Source: Moraxella nasicaprae (lineage in GTDB: Bacteria; Pseudomonadota; Gammaproteobacteria; Pseudomonadales; Moraxellaceae). Taken from it: a DNA stretch of 32,000 nucleotides. The notes under the pieces are model-generated. The model was not told where the DNA came from and ran no database searches. It worked only from the letters and a program-made list of their open reading frames with translations. The DNA lies in assembly GCF_025643275.1 (NCBI RefSeq), contig NZ_CP089977.1, positions 1,740,001 through 1,772,000 of the forward strand, given 5' to 3'. This document shows, piece by piece, positions 26,139-32,000 of the stretch. The position numbers and the translations under genes are program-made. Numbering within the stretch: the first letter of the stretch is position 1; the number at the start of each line of letters is the position of its first letter.

Positions 26139-28010
26139 ATGAGTATGTTAGCTTGGACTTTTATTTGCCCATTGATTGGTTTTTTGCTTTTGGCAAGTTT
26201 GCGAGACCGATTGTCACAAATGATGGCAGCCATCATTGGCGTGGGTAGCATGGCTTTTTCTGCCATCTTTGCTGCCATTGCCTCGTTGGATTATCTACAA
26301 AATTATGCAGGAGAGAGTCTTAACATTCCCTTGTGGACTTGGTTAAAAGTGGGTGACTTTGCCCCTGCGTTTGGTTTGCATTTTGATGGTTTGACCCTGA
26401 CAATGACCGCCATCATCACAGGCGTTGGTTTTTTGATTCATCTGTTTGCTTCATGGTACATGAATGGCGAGCAGGGGTTTGTTAGATTTTTTAGCTATCT
26501 TAATCTGTTTGTGACCAGCATGTTGTTGTTGGTGCAGGCGGATAATTTATTACTGTTATATCTTGGCTGGGAAGGCGTTGGGATTTGCTCTTATCTGCTG
26601 ATTGGTTTTTATTTTCATGAACGAGCCAATGGGCGAGCGGCAATCAAGGCATTCACCGTTACTCGTGTGGGTGATGTATTTTTAGCGATTGGACTATTTT
26701 TATTATTCCGTGAATTTGGCACGCTAAATATCCAAGAAATCATCACCAAAGCACCAACCGTGTTTAGTATGGATAATCCTGTGATGATACTAACCACAAT
26801 GATGTTGGTTGGCGGTGCTTGGGGTAAATCGGCTCAGATTCCGTTGCACACTTGGTTGGCTGATGCAATGGCAGGTCCAACACCAGTGTCGGCACTCATT
26901 CACGCAGCAACGATGGTGACGGCAGGCGTGTATCTGATTGCCAGAATGCACCCCTTATTCATCTTAACACCTGATGTGCTACTGTATTGGGTTGGTGGTG
27001 TTGGTGCAATTTCCATGCTGGTGGCAGGTCTGTGTGCATTGGCGCAGACTGACATTAAGCGAATTTTGGCGTACTCAACGATGAGTCAGCTTGGCTATAT
27101 GTTCATTGCCTTGGGAGTGGGTGCGTGGCAGGCAGCGATTTTTCACTTGATGACGCACGCATTTTTTAAGGCATTGCTGTTTTTGGCATCGGGTGCGGTC
27201 ATTGTTTCGGTTCATCACGAACAAAATATCTTTAAGATGGGCGGTCTTGCCAAAAAGATTCCATTGGTCTTTGCCTGTTTTGTGGTTGGCGGTGGTGCGT
27301 TGGTGGCTCTGCCTTGGATTACGGTGGGCTTTTATTCCAAAGAGGCAATTCTTTGGGAAGCGTATGCCGCAGGTCATCAGACATTATTTTGGGCAGGCGT
27401 GGTTGGAGCGTTCATCACTTCCATCTACACCCTAAGAATGATTTGGATTGCTTTTTTTGGCGAAGAAAAAACACACGCAGAAAAATTGTCTGGCATTTCT
27501 TATTGGTTGCCATTGAGTGTTTTGTTGGTATTATCAACAGGGATTGGTGCGTTGATTGCACCGCCTTTGATGGAAGTATTGCCCTTAGGTCAAGGTCAGC
27601 TATTGGAGCAGGCGGGTAACGCTCACGCCAAACATACTGCTGAATATATTGCAATGGCATTCATGGCGGCAGGCTTGTTGGTGGCGGTGTTCTTGTATGT
27701 CATTAACAAGGGTCGTTTGCTTGATGGCTTTAAAAAGACAGCGATTGGTGCAGCAATATATCATTGGTGCTATCACGGTTTGGGTTTTGATGCGTTGTAC
27801 GATGTGGTATTTGTTAAGCCGTTTTTGGCGATGGCTCGTCTGCTTAAATCTGACCCTGTGGATAAAGTCATTAACATCTTGCCTGCATTGGCATCGGTGG
27901 GTAATAAAGCAATCGCTAAGACGCAAACAGGGCTTTTGCGTAGTCATGCCATCAGCTTTGGGTTTGGTCTGGTGATTGTGTTAATTTTGGCAATGGTCAT
28001 GGTGGTGTAA
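26139..28010 (+). CDS. nuoL: NADH-quinone oxidoreductase subunit L
   Basis: 623-aa antiporter-like subunit (YLGWEGVGICSYLLIGF, GKSAQIPLHTWLADAMAGPTPVSALIHAATMVTAG). Confidence 0.95.
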   Translation: MSMLAWTFICPLIGFLLLASLRDRLSQMMAAIIGVGSMAFSAIFAAIASLDYLQNYAGESLNIPLWTWLKVGDFAPAFGLHFDGLTLTMTAIITGVGFLIHLFASWYMNGEQGFVRFFSYLNLFVTSMLLLVQADNLLLLYLGWEGVGICSYLLIGFYFHERANGRAAIKAFTVTRVGDVFLAIGLFLLFREFGTLNIQEIITKAPTVFSMDNPVMILTTMMLVGGAWGKSAQIPLHTWLADAMAGPTPVSALIHAATMVTAGVYLIARMHPLFILTPDVLLYWVGGVGAISMLVAGLCALAQTDIKRILAYSTMSQLGYMFIALGVGAWQAAIFHLMTHAFFKALLFLASGAVIVSVHHEQNIFKMGGLAKKIPLVFACFVVGGGALVALPWITVGFYSKEAILWEAYAAGHQTLFWAGVVGAFITSIYTLRMIWIAFFGEEKTHAEKLSGISYWLPLSVLLVLSTGIGALIAPPLMEVLPLGQGQLLEQAGNAHAKHTAEYIAMAFMAAGLLVAVFLYVINKGRLLDGFKKTAIGAAIYHWCYHGLGFDALYDVVFVKPFLAMARLLKSDPVDKVINILPALASVGNKAIAKTQTGLLRSHAISFGFGLVIVLILAMVMVV

Positions 28011-28011
28011 A

Positions 28012-29694
28012 ATGATGGAACAAAACTGGATATTGCCAGCCTTGATTGCAATTCCTTTTATTGCAGGATTTTTGTGCTGGTTGATTGAAAAGGTCAATGA
28101 CCGTTTGCCACGCTGGATTGCTTTATTGAGTATGCTGGCGACATTTGGCTTGACCATCTTATTGTGGCAGCAGGGTAATTTTACCAGCTTGCTGGCAACT
28201 GACGGAGCGACACATCAGGGCAATCTGCCTTGGGCGGCACAGTTTGTTCTGCCTTGGATTCCCACCTTTGGCATCAAATTTCATCTGGCGATGGACGGAT
28301 TATCCTTGCTGATGATTGCCTTGACGGCATTTTTGGGCATCATGGCGGTGGGCTGTTCTTGGGGTGAGATTCAACGCCGAGTGGGTTTTTTCCACCTTAA
28401 TCTGCTATGGAGCTTAGGTGGTGTTATTGGTGTATTTTTGGCGATTGATTTATTCTTATTCTTTTTCTTTTGGGAATTGATGCTATTGCCAATTTACTTT
28501 TTGATTGCTCTTTGGGGGCATAATGCCACAGGCGGACGCACCAAAGAATATGCAGCGACTAAGTTTTTTATTTATACCCAAGCATCTGGCTTAATCATGC
28601 TGATTGGCATTATCTTGATGGTCATCGTGCATTTTGCCCAAACTGGGGTGCTAAGTTTTGATTATCATGATTTGCTCGGCTTGGACATGGGCGGATTTGA
28701 ATACATCATCATGCTGTGTTTCTTTATTGGCTTTGCTGTCAAATTGCCCATCTTCCCCTTGCATGGTTGGCTTCCTGATGCTCATGCTCAGGCTCCGACA
28801 GCAGGTTCGGTGGACTTGGCTGGTATTTTGATTAAGACAGCTGCATTTGGTTTGCTAAGATTTGTACTGCCATTATTTCCAGAATCGTCAGCTCAGTTTG
28901 CTCCGATAGCGATTGTGCTTGGTATGATTGGGGTGTTTTATGGTGCATTCTTAGCCTTTGCTCAGACGGACATTAAGCGTCTGTTGGCTTATACCAGTAT
29001 TTCACACATGGGTTTTGTTGTGCTGGCGATTTATGCAGGCAATTTGGTGTCTTTACAAGGCTTAATGGTGCAGATGGTGGCTCATGGTCTATCAAGTGCG
29101 GCATTATTTATCATGTCAGGTCAGTTGTACGAGCGACTACATACCCGTGATTTGAGCGTGATGGGTGGCATGTGGGGTCAATTTAGATATTTTGCACCAT
29201 TACTGATGTTCTTTGCCGCAGCGTTGCTTGGCATTCCTGGTGCGGGCAACTTTATTGGTGAAATTCTGATTTTACTTGGTTCATTTGCTAAGCACCCAAT
29301 CGCCACGATTTTGGCGACAGTTAGTCTGGTGTTGGCAGGTCTGTATGCACTGATTTTGATTTATCAGGCATTGTTTGGTAAAAACACCGCCACAACGCTT
29401 GCCGTACAAAATGGTGGTCGCCTAAAAGATTTGGGAAAAAGAGAGCTGGTGATGCTGACAACTTTGGTGGCAGGCTTGCTATGGCTTGGTCTGTACCCTC
29501 AGCCTGTCTTGGATAAATCTTACAGTTCGATGCAGTGGATTGGTGCAGCATACGCACAGGGCGTGCAGGCGAGTAAGCCTCAGCATGGTGTGCGTTTGAT
29601 TGAAGGCAACATGGGCGATTATATGAATCAGCATAAGTTCGACCTGCAAGATGGACATCATCATGACCATCATCACCATCATCATGACCACTAA
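28012..29694 (+). CDS. nuoM: NADH-quinone oxidoreductase subunit M, with a C-terminal His-rich tail
   Basis: Antiporter-like core (FFFWELMLLPIYFLIALWG, KLPIFPLHGWLPDAHAQAPTAGSVDLAGILIK). Ends ...DGHHHDHHHHHHDH. Confidence 0.95.
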   Translation: MMEQNWILPALIAIPFIAGFLCWLIEKVNDRLPRWIALLSMLATFGLTILLWQQGNFTSLLATDGATHQGNLPWAAQFVLPWIPTFGIKFHLAMDGLSLLMIALTAFLGIMAVGCSWGEIQRRVGFFHLNLLWSLGGVIGVFLAIDLFLFFFFWELMLLPIYFLIALWGHNATGGRTKEYAATKFFIYTQASGLIMLIGIILMVIVHFAQTGVLSFDYHDLLGLDMGGFEYIIMLCFFIGFAVKLPIFPLHGWLPDAHAQAPTAGSVDLAGILIKTAAFGLLRFVLPLFPESSAQFAPIAIVLGMIGVFYGAFLAFAQTDIKRLLAYTSISHMGFVVLAIYAGNLVSLQGLMVQMVAHGLSSAALFIMSGQLYERLHTRDLSVMGGMWGQFRYFAPLLMFFAAALLGIPGAGNFIGEILILLGSFAKHPIATILATVSLVLAGLYALILIYQALFGKNTATTLAVQNGGRLKDLGKRELVMLTTLVAGLLWLGLYPQPVLDKSYSSMQWIGAAYAQGVQASKPQHGVRLIEGNMGDYMNQHKFDLQDGHHHDHHHHHHDH

Positions 29695-29703
29695 GGAGAA
29701 ATT

Positions 29704-31179
29704 ATGGAACAGTTGATTTTATCCATCGTGTCATTATTGCCTGTGGTTGTGGTTGCTTTGACGGCATTGCTGGTGATGATGACCATCGCCATCAAGCGTT
29801 CACATTTTGGGGTGGCAACCATCAGCGTCATTGGTCTTAATCTGGCGTTGATGACCGTGATTGCTCAGGCGGTGGGCGTGATAGACGCACCTCAGGTATC
29901 AGGCGACCTATTCATGTTTGATGGTTTTGCCAGATTTAATACAGGAGCAATCTTAATCGCTGCGTTGGCGTGTTGTACTTTGTCTTATGGTTACTTTGAA
30001 ACCCTCAAAGACAATAAGGACGAGCTGTATTTATTGATGTTGATTGCCACGATGGGCGCAATGTTAATGACAGCAGCACAGCATTTGGCGGCATTTTTCA
30101 TGAGCCTTGAACTGCTGTCTGTACCGATGTATGGCATGCTTGCTTATACTTTTTTAAGAGCTCGCTCATTAGAGTCGGGTCTTAAATATCTGGTCTTGTC
30201 AGCAGCGGCATCAGCGACTTTGTTGATGGGCATGGCATTTGTGTACATTGACACAGGTACTTTGTTATTCAAAGAGTTGTCATTGGCATTATTTACCAAT
30301 CAAGCCTCAACGCTGTTTGTATTGGGCTGTGTGATGATGCTTGCGGCCATCGCCTTTAAACTATCAGCAGCACCATTTCATGCTTGGGTGGCTGATGTGT
30401 ATGAAGGAGCTCCTGCACCGATTGCCGCATTCTTGGCAAGTGTCAGTAAGGTAGCGATGATGGCATTGGCGGTTCGATTTCTTGCTGATGCGATGCCAAT
30501 TGCGACAGTGGCGGTTGATGGTGTGCTAAGTGCAATCATTATTTTATCCATCGTGCTGGGCAACCTATTGGCAATCCGTCAAGACAACCTAAAACGCCTG
30601 CTTGCTTATTCGTCCATCGCACACATGGGCTACGCATTGATTGCATTATTGGCGGTGGGTGCTGGTGCAGCTGGCTTGGTTAGTATGTACATGGCGGTTT
30701 ATGCGTTGACTTCCATTGGTGCATTTGGCGTTATCACATTGATGTCTAGTCCATATCGTGAGCGAGGACACACTTCGATTACAGGCGAGGCGGACGAATT
30801 AAGATTTTATCAAGGTTTGTTTTGGCGTCGTCCTGTTTTGACAGCGGTTTTGACTGTCATGCTCTTATCGTTGGCAGGCATTCCTTTGACAGCTGGCTTT
30901 ATGACCAAATTCATGATGTTTTTTGCAGCAGTGCAAGGCACTAAATTTTGGGCGGCAATCTTCATTGTGCTAGGCAGTGCCATCGGCTTGTATTACTACC
31001 TAAAAGTGTTGGTGCATTTGTATCAAAAACCCAAAGTTCAATTAGAGTTTGATGCCCATACGCATTGGGGTATCAAGGCTGGGGGCATCATGGTGTTGAT
31101 TGTTACGGCACTGGTGCTTATCTTTGGTATTTTGCCAGATGCATTGATGCAACTTGCAGGATTTGCGGTCATTCGCTGA
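29704..31179 (+). CDS. nuoN: NADH-quinone oxidoreductase subunit N
   Basis: 491 aa (FKLSAAPFHAWVADVYEGAPAPIAAFLASVSK, LKRLLAYSSIAHMGY). AAGGAG RBS. Confidence 0.95.
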   Translation: MEQLILSIVSLLPVVVVALTALLVMMTIAIKRSHFGVATISVIGLNLALMTVIAQAVGVIDAPQVSGDLFMFDGFARFNTGAILIAALACCTLSYGYFETLKDNKDELYLLMLIATMGAMLMTAAQHLAAFFMSLELLSVPMYGMLAYTFLRARSLESGLKYLVLSAAASATLLMGMAFVYIDTGTLLFKELSLALFTNQASTLFVLGCVMMLAAIAFKLSAAPFHAWVADVYEGAPAPIAAFLASVSKVAMMALAVRFLADAMPIATVAVDGVLSAIIILSIVLGNLLAIRQDNLKRLLAYSSIAHMGYALIALLAVGAGAAGLVSMYMAVYALTSIGAFGVITLMSSPYRERGHTSITGEADELRFYQGLFWRRPVLTAVLTVMLLSLAGIPLTAGFMTKFMMFFAAVQGTKFWAAIFIVLGSAIGLYYYLKVLVHLYQKPKVQLEFDAHTHWGIKAGGIMVLIVTALVLIFGILPDALMQLAGFAVIR

Positions 31180-31207
31180 TGATTGATTTATCTGATGGCG
31201 ATTTTAA

Positions 31208-31243
31208 AAAACAAGCATCATTTTGGTGCTTGTTTTGTTTTTT
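31208..31243 (+). terminator. Rho-independent terminator of the nuo operon
   Basis: AAAACAAGCA (31208-31217), 9-nt loop, TGCTTGTTTT (31227-31236), then GTTTTTT. Confidence 0.75.
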
Positions 31244-31289
31244 AGGCTTTGGTATAGTGAAAGCCATATTTTTGATGTATGGATAATGT

Positions 31290-32000
31290 ATGAGTGATGA
31301 AAAAGCGGTTGCCTTGACCGTGTTATCAAAAACCGTCTGGTCGGATAATTTATTTAGCTTTACCACCACCAGACCTGATGGATTTCGTTTTGAGGCAGGA
31401 CAGTTTGCCAGACTTGGCATGAATCCCAGTCAGCTAGTTGCCAATCAAGGCAAGGCAATCTGCGATGAGCGAATTTTTCGGGCTTATTCTATTGCATCAT
31501 CGCCTTATGATGAGCATTTGGAATTTTTTTCAGTCGTTGTTCCTGATGGGGCGTTCACTTCTCAGTTGCAACATCTGCAAGTGGGAGACCCTCTTTACCT
31601 AAACCCAGAACCGTTTGGATTTTTGACGCTATCTCGTTATCAAGAGCCCAGCCCCAATGATTTGTGGCTTTTGGCTACTGGCACAGGGCTTGCTCCGTTT
31701 TTATCAATGCTGGGCGATTTGGACACTTGGCAAAACTATACAGATATTGTGCTTGCATATAGTGCCAGAACAGAAACTGAGCTGGCTTATGTGGATAAAA
31801 TCAAAGCACTACACGAACAGTTTGCCAATCTGATTGACAATCCTGCTCGTCTGCATTTTGTGCCAATCATCACTCGTCAGGCGGTGGAAGGCTGTCTTCA
31901 TCATCGCATTCCTGCCTTAATAGACAGCAATCAACTCCAAACTCATATTGGACTAACCCTAAATCCCGCCACTTCTCATGTAATGCTGTGTGGCAATCCG
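31290..32000 (+). CDS. fpr: Ferredoxin/flavodoxin-NADP+ reductase; 3' end runs off the window
   Basis: Hand-translated open frame with no stop before 32000: MSDEKAVALTVLSKTVWSDNLFSFTTTRPDGFRFEAGQFARLGM...RAYSIASSP...LLATGTGLAPFLSML...MLCGNP. RxYS FAD motif and GTGxAP NADP motif are present. Confidence 0.85.
   Translation, partial: MSDEKAVALTVLSKTVWSDNLFSFTTTRPDGFRFEAGQFARLGMNPSQLVANQGKAICDERIFRAYSIASSPYDEHLEFFSVVVPDGAFTSQLQHLQVGDPLYLNPEPFGFLTLSRYQEPSPNDLWLLATGTGLAPFLSMLGDLDTWQNYTDIVLAYSARTETELAYVDKIKALHEQFANLIDNPARLHFVPIITRQAVEGCLHHRIPALIDSNQLQTHIGLTLNPATSHVMLCGNP

Noticed and set aside
29479-29691. Minus-strand ORF starting MVMMMVMMVMMM
   Set aside because: It is simply the reverse complement of the CAT/CAC run that encodes the NuoM His tail.
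1-32000. Scan for CRISPR arrays, tRNA/rRNA genes, IS elements and long tandem repeats
   Set aside because: I found no regularly spaced direct repeats, no cloverleaf-like or rRNA-like segments in the intergenic regions, and no transposase-like ORFs by eye. A tRNAscan, Infernal or CRISPR-finder run would be needed to be certain.

Overview
Chromosomal window from a gammaproteobacterium that looks Moraxellaceae-like; this is inferred from the protein sequences only. It has three blocks. (1) 1-8.4 kb, mostly minus strand: the integrase-proximal part of a decayed HK97-type prophage or capsid-encoding island at the 5' end of dusA. From left to right it holds a gp10-like protein, head-tail adaptor, gp6-like connector, portal, a 58-aa ORF, major capsid protein and prohead protease. 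These are followed by an inserted NYN/LabA-like nuclease cassette with its own consensus promoter and terminator, a 5'-truncated large terminase, a PrtN-like small regulator, and a tyrosine integrase broken by a 1-nt frameshift in a G7 run. (2) 8.4-14.4 kb: housekeeping genes dusA, an alpha/beta hydrolase plus CPBP protease operon (minus strand), glmM, pdxH and lolA. (3) 14.5-31.2 kb: a complete nuoA-N complex I operon with nuoCD fused. It carries an extra, visibly AT-richer flavin-reductase-like gene between nuoCD and nuoE. Several subunits have hydrophilic extensions, including a natural poly-His tail on NuoM, and a ~35-nt motif recurs in the operon's intergenic leaders. The 5' part of fpr runs off the right edge. 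I saw no rRNA, tRNA or CRISPR array. The best candidates for something undescribed are the autonomous NYN-nuclease moron, which stays intact while its neighbours decay, and the flavin-reductase-like gene embedded in the nuo operon. All family assignments come from motif recognition by eye and need HMM or BLAST confirmation.
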